A stretch of 64,000 nt of DNA from Octopus bimaculoides (Eukaryota). Positions within the stretch are counted from its first letter, which is position 1. Every line of letters begins with the position of its first letter. The stretch covers positions 21,170,072 to 21,234,071 of the forward strand of contig NC_068981.1 in NCBI RefSeq assembly GCF_001194135.2, read 5' to 3'. The notes beneath the pieces were generated by a model. The model saw nothing but the letters and a program-made list of their open reading frames with translations. It made no database searches and was not told where the DNA came from. Of this stretch, positions 26,400-40,427 are shown piece by piece. A program made the position numbers and the translations under genes.

Positions 26400-27007
26400 T
26401 ATAATCAAATGGATAATAAGTTTGCTTTGCAAGCATTAGGTCCAAGGTTCAATCCCACTACTTGGCATCTTTGACAAATGTCATTTTCAATAGCCTTGAG
26501 TTAACCAATATTTTGTGAGTGAAATTGAGTAAGCAAAAACTGTACAGAAGCTCATCAGATGAATTATATATGTAATTCAAAGGCACAGCCTTGTCACACA
26601 CTGTCATGCTGATTCCAATTGGGAATCACATTAAGGGGACAAATATCTTGTGCAGTGCTCAGCTACTTACATTCAAATTCAATAAGCACGTAATTCAGTT
26701 GATTGAAACTGACCTAAGATATATCCAACCAAACACACACGTATGCGCGCACACACACACAGAGTGAAGGTATGTGTAACTTAGTGGTTACACAACTTCA
26801 TAATCATTAAGCTAATGATTATGAAGTTGTGGGTTCTAAGAAGTGTGTTGTTTCCTAGATCAAGGAAATTCATTTCATGTTGCTCCCATCAACTCTGCTG
26901 AGACTGAGTACCAGGTGATTGTTGGTACAGCACTCCCTTTCTCTCCCATTCAGTTACCACATCCTTGATGTTCTACTGGGCCAAGAGGGTGTCTATGTCT
27001 GCTCACA
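26400..27007 (+). mobile_element. Two decayed SINE heads (26400-26560 and ~26760-27007)
   Basis: ggttcaatccc B-box-like motif and cttgagttaaccaa..ttgtgagtgaaatt body; the second is cut by an N-gap. Confidence 0.55.
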
Positions 27008-27106
27008 NNNNNNNNNNNNNNNNNNNNNNNNNNNNNNNNNNNNNNNNNNNNNNNNNNNNNNNNNNNNNNNNNNNNNNNNNNNNNNNNNNNNNNNNNNNNN
27101 NNNNNN
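27008..27106. other. Assembly gap
   Basis: Run of N. Confidence 1.
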
Positions 27107-28559
27107 ATATATATAGTCAAGCTACCAGGTCAGACTCACTTGTGAGTGACAGCTAAGCCCTTATATACTCTACTACATCATTTTACCTTCACCTCTAGTA
27201 ATGTCTATAGTGCTAGTTGTAGTATGTCCTTATTCAGAGAACTGATATGCTGAGAGGTATGATGTGAGGGCCATTGACTACATTTTTTTTTTTACTGATA
27301 TTTTTTTCTAAACTTAACTTTAAACTACATGCAAACATACACACACACATACACACACACATACACACACACCATATGTAGACGGTTTACTTGATACATG
27401 TAGCAATTGTATGTTTGTTCTGTTGAAAGAGATTACTAGATTGTCATGTTTTTCCACAGCAGGATGTTCTCAAGGTCTCTGTTTATTGGGCTAGTGCACA
27501 TGGCCTGTGGTATTAAGGTTTTGTGTAGAAGGTAAGGCAGGAAGGTGAAGAATGGTGTTGTTAGATGTAACAGCAAGTCAGCCATTCACGCACAGAAGAA
27601 AGAGTTGTAGGAGACTAAGAGATAAAATTTGGGTGTACACAGTGTGGGTCAGAAAGTGCCCTATTGGCACACAGTGCAATAGAGCAGTCTAACAGGAAGC
27701 TTCTGACCCAAGAAAGGAGACAGATGAAAATCATAAGTGGATATTTTAGATAAGTTGTCAAAACAGATTGGTTGACTTACTAGAGTGTTAAATTACCACA
27801 TAGAAAGTAGAAGTCCAAATTTAACCACAATTATTACATTTGTCTATAATCAAAGCATATTCTACATGAAAAATATACATAAATTCTCTGTTGACAACTG
27901 GGCACTTAGCTGTAGGAAGAACAAGACATTGCACCAAATCTTATCCATAAGAAAGAAGTTTACTATGTTATTTTCAATTTGATTAAAATAGGAAAAAAAT
28001 TAGGTGAAAAATTAGATTGAAAGAATTGAATACACTTGAAACTATCAAGTCAGTTTAACAGTATTAGTTATGCTACTTAGGTTTGTTTATATCAGGACAA
28101 TTCTGATTTCAGAGCATAGAAAAACAAACAATCTTAAATAACTAGATAAATGTAATCCCATTGTTGTATGTCAATTGGTCAATCAGCAAAGTGCTATTCA
28201 CTCGACTTAGTCTAATCTCCTTAATAGGCTTTCAATGCCAATATATAACCTCCATTAATTGATATAAAAGTAAAACTATCACCTGAATATCGTTAATTTG
28301 GCATATTGTATGTGACGGTCTTCAATTTCATATGGCTTTATGGTGGTCAAAGAGACTTTATCAGCAAATAATCTTTCCAGCAAAATATATGTAAATAAAA
28401 AGAAAATATCTCCTCAATCTTTCCTAGCTGTGAATACTGTACTTTAGCCTTCATCTCCTTTCTGCCTGAATTGTCTTAAAAATTAAAACCATCTCTTTTT
28501 ATAGTAATCTCTGGTTTAGTGGAGGGATAAGTTAAGGGAACTATTTTCTTTTATTGGAT

Positions 28560-29030
28560 TGGATTGGAGAAGGATGTGCTCGTGACCTTCTCAAGCCCTC
28601 TGAAACCAGCAAGTTCAATTCAGTTAAATGTTCCTCTTGAACAATTGCAAATTGACAAGTGCAAGAAAGGATATTTCAGAGAGTTGACATTCTAGAAGGG
28701 CAGACTAAGTTTAGTGGTTAGTGTGGTACTTGGGTACATGGGTGAGGAGAGGGAAGACAAGTGAACTGGAAGAGCTTGAGTGAAGGTAGTATGAGATTAG
28801 TTCTGAAGAGCAAAGACCAGTGTATAAAGGTAAAAGAGGCAGTAAAAGGAGACAAGTCTGGGGCTATAGATCCAAGTATGCTGGAAAGTGACTTTACACC
28901 AATCAGCTGGGTGACTTATCTTTAGATAGGGTCTAAGAGGTCTGTGCATGTAGCAGCAATACCAACCCAATATGGGAGCAATACTTAATGGTGAACCTTG
29001 CTTGAGGTTTGTACAGAGTTAGTAGTTAAT
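28560..29030 (-). mobile_element. CR1/Jockey-group LINE 3' end remnant
   Basis: Minus strand LYKPQARFTIKYCSHI.. resembles the LYKAQVRP.LEYCSHIW post-RT motif and continues through a WNSLP-equivalent region to a pyrimidine-rich UTR. Confidence 0.65.
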
Positions 29031-29811
29031 AGGCACTGAACTACTTTCTGGTCATAAAAGGTAAAAACAGTCTTCATTATGTGAAGGATGTGCATTTGCC
29101 AAGAGAAATTCTTAATAATGGTAAAACCTAGAATAAGACCATACTGTTTCTATAACTATACTTCCTCAACAAAATTCTGTTTGTTGTCCTATAGTAATTC
29201 ATTTACAATTGTATTGCCTTCTTAATGTTTCTGTAAATGTTATCCAGTTGCCTTTCTTCATATTGTGTCTTTCTGCTTTGAGTTAAGGGCTTGTTTGATT
29301 GGTCATAAGACAAAGGCGCCAATCGTATTTCCTCTGTTTAAGACTTACATAAATATTAATTTACATTAAAATATTCCATAGTTTGTTATAAATGTAGATA
29401 TGTGTATGTGTGTATACAAACATATGCACACAATTTTATAAACGTGCATATACCTCTATATATTAATAAAACAGTATATTTCTACCTTCATTTTGTATAT
29501 CAGTAGGGAGAGAGACAAAGAGGATTCTAAGAAGTGAGATGCTGGGTAAGAGTGGGAGTTAAAAGTAGACATGCAAGAAAAAGAGCAATAGAAAGTTGGG
29601 AGATTTAAACAAGGAGATGGAGAAAGTAGAATATAAAGGCACAGCAAAATTTGTGACTTCACTGCATCACTAGTTATCTCATTTTCTCTCAATATCTGTT
29701 TGTCTGAAATGTCTTTCAAGTGTGTCTTTATATAAAATAATAACGCCTTTAGTTGTAAATATTATTTTGCAACAAGAATGGAAAATTGTTAAGATCTTAT
29801 GTACATCATCA

Positions 29812-30660
29812 TCATCATTTAACGTCTGTTGTCCGTGCTGGCATGGGTTGGACGGTTTGACTGGGCTGGCATGCTGGAAAACTGCACCAGACTCCAGTCT
29901 GATTTGTCATGGTTTTCTATGGCTAGATGCCTTTCCTAACGTCAACCACTTTGAGAGTGTAATGGGTGCTTTTACATGCCACTGGCATGGGTGCCATTTG
30001 CATGACACTGGGGTGCATTTACATGCCATGGGCACGGGAGCCAATTTGCGTGACACCGGCATCTGCCACAACTGCAATTTTGCTTGGCTTGAGGCGTTTT
30101 CTCAAGCGCAACATAATGCCAAAGGTCTTGGTCATTGCTTCCGTGACGCCAAACACTTAAAAGGAACTCAGTCATTTTGCCTGTGAGGCCCAATGTTTGA
30201 AAGAACTCAGCTACCTTGCCTCTATGAGGCCCAACGCTCAAAAGGAACTCAGTTAATTTGCTTCTGTGAGGCCCAACACTTGAAAAGAACTCAACCACTT
30301 TGCCTCTGTGAGGCCAAACAGTCAAAAGATGCTCTTTACGTGTCATCAGCATGGGTGCACTTGGCTTGACGGTCCTCTCAAGCACGGCACATCGCCAAAG
30401 GTCTTGGTCACCAGTCATTGCCTCTGTGAAGCTCAAAGTTTGAAGGTCGTGCTTCACCATCTTGTCCCATGTTTTCTTGGGTCAACCACAGGTTCCCTCC
30501 ACAGTTTGAGATCTTCACTTCTTTACACAGCTGTCCTCATCCATATGCATCACATGACCATACCAGCACAGTCGTCTCCCTTGCACACTACATCTGATTC
30601 CTCTTATGCTTAACTTTTCTCTCAAGATGCTTACACTCTGTTGGACATGCACACTGACAT
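29812..30660 (-). mobile_element. RTE LINE 3' end: ORF C-terminus, 41-bp minisatellite UTR, (GAT)n tail
   Basis: GTCG..RPRKTWDKMVKHDLQTLSFTEAMTGDQDLWRCAVLE on the minus strand; tandem units at ~30135-30335; tail ends catcatcat on the plus strand. Confidence 0.88.
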
Positions 30661-33600
30661 ACGTCAGTATATATTCATGTATGTAATTATATGTGTGTGG
30701 TTATACATGTATGAATACATATACATATACAAAGGCTAAGGAGGAGTTAGGGTGTGGCTAAGGAGGAGTTAGGGTGTAGCTAAAGAAGTAACTGTTGTAA
30801 TTATAATAATATAAATAAGAATTTTAAATTAAGGTAGTATATACATATTTTCTTTTACGCATTTAGTCTTTTCAAATGGCTGAGGCAATTAACCCTACTA
30901 AATAAGCTCATTTGACTATGTTTAACAAAACATTATAAGCCCATATTATGATAACCTAAAATATATGTCTTTGGATATTTACAGTAAGCAGGAATTAAGT
31001 ACATGTGTGACAATAAGGAACAGCTACCAAATGTAAATCAAATATGCATTTATATGTACATTGTATGCCTGATGATGTGAGCTCATTGCTATTTTGTTAG
31101 ACCCACTGAAATGGACTAAGCTCATTTGTAAGGCTGACAGATAACACACGCATGTACACAAAGATTATGTGCTACTTTCTGATGTAGGCACAAGGTTATA
31201 CATTCTGAAGGAGGGATACAGTTGATTAAAATGGTGACGGGGAAAGTGTGATGACACAGACCAGAATTGAGTTACATTGTTTTTCTTCACTTGCCTGTAT
31301 CAATACTTCGTTAGCATTATGTCACAGTTTAAAAGCAAAATTAGTAATTGAGAAAGTAACCAGGCTTTACCCCCAACGTCCATAAAACAGAGCAGCAGGA
31401 TACAATTAATCACAGAAGTTTTTGGCACATACAAACCAGTAGATATACACATACACATATATACATGCATGCACACAAACACACACCCATAGTCAAACAG
31501 ACAACTAAAAATGATTACATAAATGATGCTTAAAACTGTCCTGAAAATAATTTACAATTATTTAGAATAGAAATTCAATAGTTCTATAAATAATTATTTC
31601 AGAGTACAAATCAAATGTTGTGAAGAGGTGGCTACTTAGGCCAATTTTTTTATTAGTGCTTTAACATTTAGAGGAATTGAATTTAAAATGCTTTGGTCGA
31701 AGTTTCAATATTAAATTAGTTGATTTCTGTAGCTTTTGGTAAAAGAGATACAAGTATTTTCCTAGTATGAAGATATTATTAATCTAATAGTAGACTAAAG
31801 GTTAAATAGTTCAAATTAATTATGCTTTATCCAGAAACAAAATGCTATTCCTCAAGTGGGATATGAACTCAGGATTCCTCCATAGCTAATCCAATGCTGT
31901 GGATTTTCTCTTTAACATTACATACTAATGGTTTTGTACCTTAAACAAAAAAGAAACTTTGAAAAAAATCTTAGCTATAACACCTTTGAAGAATTTGTTA
32001 CCAAATGTATCTGCTTCAACTCATCCTGCTAACTACGCCAATGAGAACTGGACAATCTGGTATTTATTTAACAGTACAAAACTATTAATATAACACATTT
32101 CAAGAAAACATCCACAACATTATTCCCTCACTACTCTTGGGCAGTAATCCGTTAAAAGTACACACTGCCTACAAGAATACACAACTAAAACTATACTATA
32201 TTTAAAAATGCTAGTCCTTACTTTTGTAGCAGAACATCTTAGATATGACTATAATTGCAACACAACATTTGGGTTGGTTTTATTTTAAGAATAAAAAATT
32301 ATTTCATCTCTAAACAGTTGCTGATTTTGTACAAAGCATAAATGACTATTACAATAATTTGGAGCATGCATCTGGGACATTTGCTCTATAAACATTTTAG
32401 ATTCTACAAATGACGAATTTGTTAAGTTACATTATATTACCCAAATCTCAACCTATCAATTTACCTGCCACTTTTACCACAACTACTGCATCTCACACCT
32501 CAGGCCCCATACTAATCATTGGCCAATCCATCTTCTGTACAGTCATATCCCTCTTGAACATCCTCTCATATTTCCCCATCAACCAATACCAGCATGAATT
32601 TAAACAGAAAATGTATCCATACCAACCACATTCAAGTTTTTCTATTCACCAGTCTATATGTATAATTATTACTAAAAGTTAGTAGGTTGATAAAAAGAAG
32701 TAAAAAAAAAAAAAATCAAGGATGTTATGTTTAAAAAGCAGTGATATAATATCATCTACACATTGCTACTAGATATCATTTATATTACATATTGCAATTT
32801 AGTTGTGTATATTCTTCATCATGTGTTTCTGGAAAAGTTCAACCTTTCACTCCTAAATAACACACACATTCCATATCACATACGGCTTTCAGCTTTTCAT
32901 TGCTTATTCCTTCATCTTTATAGAACTTCAAGAAAATAAATACTTTGTGAAAGAGGTGAGGAAATACGAGCATCCCAGCACTGTTAGACTAAGATAAGAC
33001 CTTTACTGTTAAACATTTAGCCAGCTGAAAGCTATAAATATATTTTAAACAATAACACTATTCCAGAGGAATTTCTTTCCCAGAAAAGAATCAGTTTATA
33101 CCCTGATTCATTATTTTCCTTTTTCTTTTCTCTTTTTGTTTTCCCAGAATGCAATAGTTGTTTGATATAGCTTTAATCTGTAACCAACAACTGTTTGTGA
33201 TGCAAAGAAAGAGGCCAATATATCTCTGACAACTGCATCATCATGATTTAAGTTATAACAATAGAGTGCAAACAATAGAGTGCAACTTTGACTAAATATA
33301 CCACACAAAAGTTACAAAGGTATTTTTTCTTTATAGTTTTTTTTAATAATAACTAACTTGCTTTTTTTATTTAAATATATGAAATGAGTGGGAAAGTATC
33401 CATCTGAGATAGAACACTAGATAACTGAGATAATGAATGAACATAGCCTAAGAAATGCGTTAACATGATAAATTGGAAGACTAGTAGAATGAATGTCAAG
33501 TCAACTTGCAAAAGTGTGATCTCAATTATAAACTTCAATTTAGCTTTCCTCTTAAAATAGCTCAAGAGAAATTTTTGTAGGTTCATGTAAGCATTGTAGT

Positions 33601-33776
33601 TTATTATATGATCAAGTAACATCATTGTTTAAAAAATTTTTAAACATAATATTAATCTAAATAATTTTTAGCTGTCCTAGAATCACTATTTTTCTTTTTG
33701 TGCTTTCTTGTAAAAAGATTAGTTCATGTCAGAGCTAAAAGGAAGCATAAATTGAGAGACAGGAAGGAAAATACTA

Positions 33777-33814
33777 AATCATATATGACAAGTAGTTACT
33801 TGTCATATATGATT
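33777..33814. repeat. Perfect 18-bp inverted repeat with 2-nt spacer
   Basis: AATCATATATGACAAGTA-GT-TACTTGTCATATATGATT, followed by a third partial copy CTTGTCATATAT. Confidence 0.95.
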
Positions 33815-35499
33815 GCTTGTCATATATAGTTACTTTTGATTCATTAGATTATCATCTAATTATGTCACTAAGTGAATAATTGTGACCTTACAGTCTTTCT
33901 AAACAAAAAAAAAAAATCTAGTAAGCACAGATGCAGTCAGAAAAATGAAATATAAAGTCACAAATACAGATAAATGCTAGATTGAATGGAGTGTAAAAAT
34001 ATCATTCACTTGAATGGTAAGAACTATTTGAACAATTGATACATTTGAACTAAATTAACATAAAATCCCCTTCACATGTCATTTGATTTATCATATTTAT
34101 AAACCAAGCAAATTCTAATAATGAATGTTATATATTTTAATTCAATACATGACATGTAGTTATAGATTCTATAAAAATAAAAAGTGAAAAGACAGCTTGA
34201 ATTTACAGAGCTGCTACTGATTAGTTGACTACTAAACTAGATAACATCTAGGAAAACTGGATTTCTTGATTTTTCAAAAGATCTGTGTATATGTATGTAT
34301 TATGAACAGATGGTGAGACACAGAAATAAATGAGACACTCCACTTCAGTGAAGAAGGAAAACAGATAACTGCTGTTCACTAAACATGTTCCTACCAAGTT
34401 ATAGAAAAAAACAAAAAAAAAAAAACTGTATGGCCATGTGTTTCAAGCAAGTTAGAGCAAAATTTAAATGCATTACTATTTCAGTTGCCATGAGAGAAAT
34501 AGTAAATAAGATTAAAAAAGATGATACATTAGTAAGTATAAGATCAACTAACAAAGCATCTATTTCCATATTGCTTTGTGAGGATGAAAATCTTATATTT
34601 ATCAACCTAAAAGTACCTAATCTAATACTCCAGTATAGGAAGTAAATCGAGTCATGAGAGAAATAAGGTAACAACACAGGAAGGAAAAGACATCACAAAG
34701 AGACATAAGTAACTAAAAGTTAGGTTTAATAATTTAAATTTTAAAATAGTTCCTTCAAATCAGAATGGTGCAAAATCTGAATAAAAAAATATGCATAATA
34801 AAACTCAAAGCAAACAAGGATCCATTTGGCAAACCTTTTGGTTATAACTAGAATAAGTATTTGCTTTTTTTTTTGTGTGTTATTTCAGTTTAGGTTATTT
34901 AGAAACTGTTTTTTTTTATTAAAAATAATTTTGAAAAAATTTTTTAATTGTTTACAATGATTCAGTTTTATATTTCTCATAAATAGTTAAATCTGTATTA
35001 CAACCCTGTCAATTATTGTTAGATCATTATTACGACACTCATCTCTTATAAACTTGTGACAGTATTACAACACTTTTCTCTTAGTACTTGTTAAGACATC
35101 ATTAATCACAGAAAGGATCAAAGTGATTTAGCATGAATGAACTATAAACAAATCTGTGAAGAAAATGGAGCTTTTTTTTCATGTATAAATTAACTTTTAC
35201 AATTAAATGTCCTTTCTACACCTGGAAATAGATTAGGGAAATAAAGTTAATACTGTACAATGTCACTAATAACAATCAAATCCAATTACAATAAAGATGC
35301 TTGATACTAAAATTAATGCTAAATCCTCTAATAATAGAGTCACAACTGAATCAGAAAAATCTGGCTCCACTGATATGGTAATAAATACTCTTATGATACA
35401 AAATACAAGCCAAGTGCTGCATGGTAGAAGGGAAAGTAGAGAAAGACTAGTAATGTTGTTTTCTAAGAAGTTTCCAGCTTAATACTAAAATAATGTTGG

Positions 35500-35720
35500 C
35501 ATGAGTCGTATGATTTGAGAGGATCCAACAGGTCCAAAGACTGGACTGTGCTTACAATATTTGCTTCGACATGGTTTCTATAACTGGATGCCCTTCCTAA
35601 TGCCAACCATTCTACAGAGTATACTGGGTGCATTTTTCATGGTACCAACAATACTAGTGAGGTCACCAGATAGCTTACAAGACTAAGATTCCATTAGACT
35701 AGGGAGGCAGGTTTATGCAA
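35500..35720 (-). mobile_element. RTE-type 3' tail fragment
   Basis: ggcatggtttctataactggatgcccttcctaatgccaaccattctacagag motif. Confidence 0.7.
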
Positions 35721-37503
35721 AGAGATGAGAGCTTAAAGCATGAGAGAAATAGCCCCAACATTGGTGATCATGAAACAGTTTTCTGGTCTAGACAGAAATT
35801 CATACTATAAATATTATCTATGTAGTGTTAACACTGTGTTTTTTTGTCCCATGAAATTCAATACAAAATACTTGATGGACTGGTTTAAGATGTTTTTTTT
35901 TTCTATTTGAAAAAAAAAAATCTTTTTTTTTTATAAATCCTTGATGTCTGAAATTTAAAAAAAAAATCATAAAAAGTTTAAGGGCTGGATAGTAAAACTT
36001 GAGTCTGTCATTATCAAAATCAAATTCATTTTTCACCATCATCATTTAACATCTGTTTTCCATGCTGGTAAGTCAGAAGTCTGCACCAGTCTCTACTGTC
36101 TGCTTTGGCATGGTTAGATGCTCTATGATGGGATTTCTTTAATGCTGACTTTACAAGTGCACTTCTTTTATGGCCTACCCTGGCAAAATTCAAAAATCGC
36201 TTTCAAATCTGCCTGCTGTTTCATTTAGGGTGCATAACATTTTTCAGTGTATTTTATATAATAACAAACCTGAATAAACACTCTATTTTATATAATTATA
36301 CTATATCTGTATATATTATACTGATGAGATTTTTTCCTTGTTCTAATTAGTTTACATTATACAAGAGGGTTTATTATATATGAATAAATACAGTAATTGA
36401 TACATCAGCTAGATTATGTCCATCCTTCTGATAACCAGTCAATTGTTGAGAACTGAGTAAAACTTGATAATTTCTAAGCAACACTTCCTTAGGGTGGAGA
36501 TTTTACTAAGGTATATCAGATTATCAAAGAGAAACTACCTTCAATATGTTTTTTACTATGGTGTTCATTTCACTTTGCCAGTTACCAAAATTTCAGGTTC
36601 TGAAGAATGGAAGTTGATGTGTTTTCACAAACCATATAAAAGACAATTTCCTAACTTAGAAACTATTACATTATTACAAATATCAATGGAAGAGGACACA
36701 AGATGAACTGATTTTCTGTACCAATTCTTTGATGGTTGTTGAGCAAAATCTTTTATTAAACTAAAAATTGCCATATGTTTATTGTATCAATGAAAGTATC
36801 AACAGTTTAGAGATGTACAATTCTTGACATTTTCTAACACAATATTTTTTATGTACACTTCTTTTGAATTATCTTCAATAGCTTTATTCTAGTTTTATAT
36901 TCAAAGCATTCAAGTATTCTGACATTTCTATGTCAATAAGTCAATAATTAAATTAGTGTCTTGACCCATGTCAATATTGATCAAATCATCTAGTGATACA
37001 CAGTACGATATCCTGGATATAAAATGTAAGCTTAGATAAGAAGGTTTGTTTAAAATTTCAATCCAGGAAAACCTTATTACATCTGTCCTGACTTGACAAA
37101 AAGTGTTGTATAGTTAATTAATCCCAAGAACCAGTGTTAAAACCTACTTTTTGGGCAAGATCGTTTAATTTTCTTGCAACAATCTGCATAACAGAATATA
37201 TGTGTCATTTGCATTAAATAGTTCCATTGGAGACATTGAGAAACTGATATACAAAGAGTCTATTAAATCAGAGAGTAAAGGTTAGATATTCTATTCCATA
37301 TCAAGCACACACAAGTTGTTTCAGAAGATTTTAGCCAAATTTAAAATAGAACTTATGTTTTAATTGCAGTTAATGAAGTTGTTTTCAATCAGCAAGCTAA
37401 TAACATGCACTTAACTATGTTCTTCATGCATAAAATATCTTTGGAAAAATTTTCAACATCATAATCTGTAGTCATTTTGAGACCTTCAGTAGATTATGAT
37501 CCA

Positions 37504-37534
37504 CTGAGGAGGTCTAATAAAACCAAAACATGTC
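37504..37534 (+). ncRNA. Degenerate minimal type I hammerhead motif in PLE-LTR-like sequence
   Basis: CTGAGGA-GGTC-TAATAA-AACC-AAAAC-AT-GTC: core G12 appears lost by CpG decay; palindromic ACATGT stem III; stem I does not pair. Confidence 0.45.
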
Positions 37535-37839
37535 CAGAGTTGTTACCTTAGTGACAACAACCTGACACTTCCACTGCCTGCATATCTCCATAGAATAACT
37601 TATCTGATTGAAATTTTAAGTTCTTTCCCTTGCCTCTTCTGAGGATTTTCATCAATGCTTAATGAATTTTCATCTCATTAAGGTTAAAATTTCAATTAAT
37701 TAAAATTATTTTTAGCTGACCATATCAAATATGACAGCATGCACTTGGCTTTAGATGTATAAGTATGTATACTTATTTAAAAAATGGAGTAGCATACACT
37801 CACTCTGCCTCCTCTACAACTTCACATTTCCCCACCATC

Positions 37840-38050
37840 TCTTCTACTTACTGAATTTCATATTCCACTCCTCTCTTCTGCCACTCACCTTACCCATGCC
37901 ACTTATAACTGAAAGGAAAACATTTGACCTGAACATATTGATCCCCTCTATCTCCACCACCCATGTCTTGTTACTTCTACCTTTATCTTTCCAAATCATG
38001 ATGCCTGAGTGGTGAAGGACCACACTTTTGCAACATTCACTCACCCTCCT
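37840..38050 (-). mobile_element. Decayed RTE ORF 3' end
   Basis: ORF-track peptide ECCKSV...KGRSNKTWVVEIE resembles RTE C-terminal GRPRKTW.EVV. Confidence 0.5.
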
Positions 38051-39016
38051 CAGTCTTCAGCCACCATGCTCTCTTATGTTAACCTGCTCATCTCTTTCAT
38101 TCCTTCATGCATCACTCTGCACACTCCCATCCACCCATATATAAACATAGGATAGCAGTGCATTACCCCTCACTCAATCCACCCTGTTATCCTTATAAGT
38201 CATTAATCCAGGATACTATCTTTCCCATTTTCCTTTCCAATTTCTCCTACCCTAAAACTCTGTTACTCTCTCCACAACTCACTCCTCCCATCAAACCTTA
38301 ACTTATTAACACTTCACCTAAAGTCACCATCCCCTTTTCTACACTCTCTCTCAGTTGTGGGATCTCTATAATCTTACAAGTTGCTCCATGATAAAATGTT
38401 CCTAATATCCAGTACTCTGTAAAGTATTTCCTTATAGGAAGGGCATCCAATTGTAGAAACCATACCAAAAACAACATTTAAGCAAGTTAATGTCCCTGAT
38501 ATGTACAGGAAAGCAGCAATTTTGAATAAGAACTACAGTTTTCATTGGAAATGAGTTCAGTGAAGAATTTAGTGTACAGGTGGGTGTATATTAGCAGTTG
38601 GTTCTCAGCCCCCTCCAATTATTACAGCTTTCCAGGCCATAACAGAGGAGTTTAAGATTAGTAGTCCATAGGAACTCTTATGACACAGATCTCACAGTTG
38701 AATTTCTCAATATAGAAGTGAGATATAGAACTGAGATGCCTCCAAGTAAACTTAGCAATGATTTAAGTTTTAGTCAGCAAGAAAAAGAACAGGACTCTGC
38801 TGCCACTGGAAAAGTAGCCAAGTTGATATGTAGGAAAGAGTAGGTTTAAATTCCATATAAGGTACCCAATGTCAACTTTGGGAGCACAAACAGACTGACA
38901 GAGGAAGTAGACTTCATATATGAATGAAGCATAGTAGTGAGCAGTAAGAGTACATATGAAGTAAATTCTTTCAAACACTCAAAAGGATCCATAAAACTAG
39001 CTGTTACTTGGTTGAC

Positions 39017-39370
39017 CTAATTAGCAGTGGAGCTGAATGCTTTGAAGATATAAGAAGAATAAGAACAAAGTAGAAAAAGTTTATCTCTGTTGGTCATAAA
39101 AGTATTCTCTTTCAGAGTAAAGAGTAGATTGTATGATACTTGTGAACGAAGTGTAATGTTGTTTGGTGATGAAACACGAGTATTGAATGCAGTGAATGTG
39201 CAAAAGCTAGAAAGATATGTGAGCAAGCTCTGTGTAATGTTATTGTGTTTAAACAGGGCAGAGTGAGCCAGAACAGACATGTAATGTAGTTGGTTAAAGA
39301 AGAAGCAGGTGATCTAAATGGAAGGAACCTGTAGAAGAAGACCAAGGAAGAAATGGAAAAATAGGGAAAG
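39017..39370 (+). mobile_element. Decayed RTE RT C-terminal fragment
   Basis: SFRVKSRLYDTCERSVMLFGDETRVLNAVNVQKLER resembles RTE LSLRVKGRLYDACVRTVMLHGSETW..RLER. Confidence 0.7.
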
Positions 39371-39540
39371 CTAAACCTCACAAAAGAGATGAGATAAAAA
39401 CTGAAACAAGTAGTGAAATGCTTTTGAGGTTAATAATATAACAAGCCAAGAATTGAGGTTGCTTTGATCAACTAACCCCTTCTTCCAAAATTAATAATAA
39501 TAATAATAATAATTAAAGGATTGATGTTAGTCCTCCAGAA

Positions 39541-39827
39541 ATTACAGAAACAATAAGAAGAGTGCGACTGTTATCGAATGAACAATATTTCGACATCTTG
39601 TGTGTCTACCACAAGTTCAAAATAAACTTGTCAATCTACTTCATTTTGGTAATATTTAAAGGATTGATGTTACTCCTCTTTACTTTCGGGAGGAGTAACA
39701 TCAATCCTTTAATTATTACCAAAATGAAGTAGATTGACAAGTTTATTTTGAACTTGTGGAAGACACACGAAATGTCGAAATATTGTTCATTCAATAACAG
39801 TCGCACTATTCTTATTGTTTCTTTAAT
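39541..39827. repeat. Long palindrome/fold-back element (138-bp arms, 11-nt loop) embedded in (AAT)n
   Basis: 39541-39678 versus reverse complement of 39690-39827: 7 mismatches by hand alignment. An extra 26-bp arm copy sits at ~39511-39536; (AAT)n on both flanks. Confidence 0.95.
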
Positions 39828-40009
39828 AATAATAATAATGATGATGATGATGATGATGATGTCATGTATATGGGATGTGTGGGTTTGTGCTCCACAGGTA
39901 GCCTTTAATTCTTTTTTATCCAAAAGGTTTTTTAACCCAATATTTACATGCTGCTATTTATACCTTATCAGCTCCAAGATCCAATGTTCATAAAACTATT
40001 ATTATTATT

Positions 40010-40427
40010 ATTATCAAGCAAACTGAGCAAAATGCTAAGCAGCATTTTGCCTGTCGCTATGCTCTGAGTTCAAATTCCACTGAGGTTGATAAATTAAGTA
40101 CGAGTGAAACGCTAGTGTTGAAGTAATTGCCTAGTCCCCTCCCATCAAATTTCAGACCTTGTGCCTTGAGTAGAAAGGATTATTATTATTATTATTAGCA
40201 AGGTGGCAAGCTAGCAAAATCAATGGCATGCTGGGCAAAATGCTTAGCAGCATTTAGTCTGTCTTTACGTTCTGAGTTCAAATTCCACCAAGGTCAACTT
40301 TACCTTTCATCCATTTGGGATTGATAAATTAAGTACTAGTGACACACTGGGTCAATATAAATGACTTGTCCTCTCCCACCAAATTTCAGGCCATGCGCCT
40401 TTAGTAGAAAGGTTTATTATTATTATT
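40010..40427 (+). mobile_element. Two head-to-tail tRNA-derived SINEs with (ATT)n tails (40010-40197 and 40198-40427)
   Basis: gttctgagttcaaattcc B-box, cctttcatcc..gataaattaagtac core, ccttgtgcct..gtagaaagg(att)n tail. Confidence 0.88.

Noticed and set aside
30735-30780. 22-bp tandem duplication containing TTAGGG
   Set aside because: Only two isolated TTAGGG hexamers; not a telomeric array.
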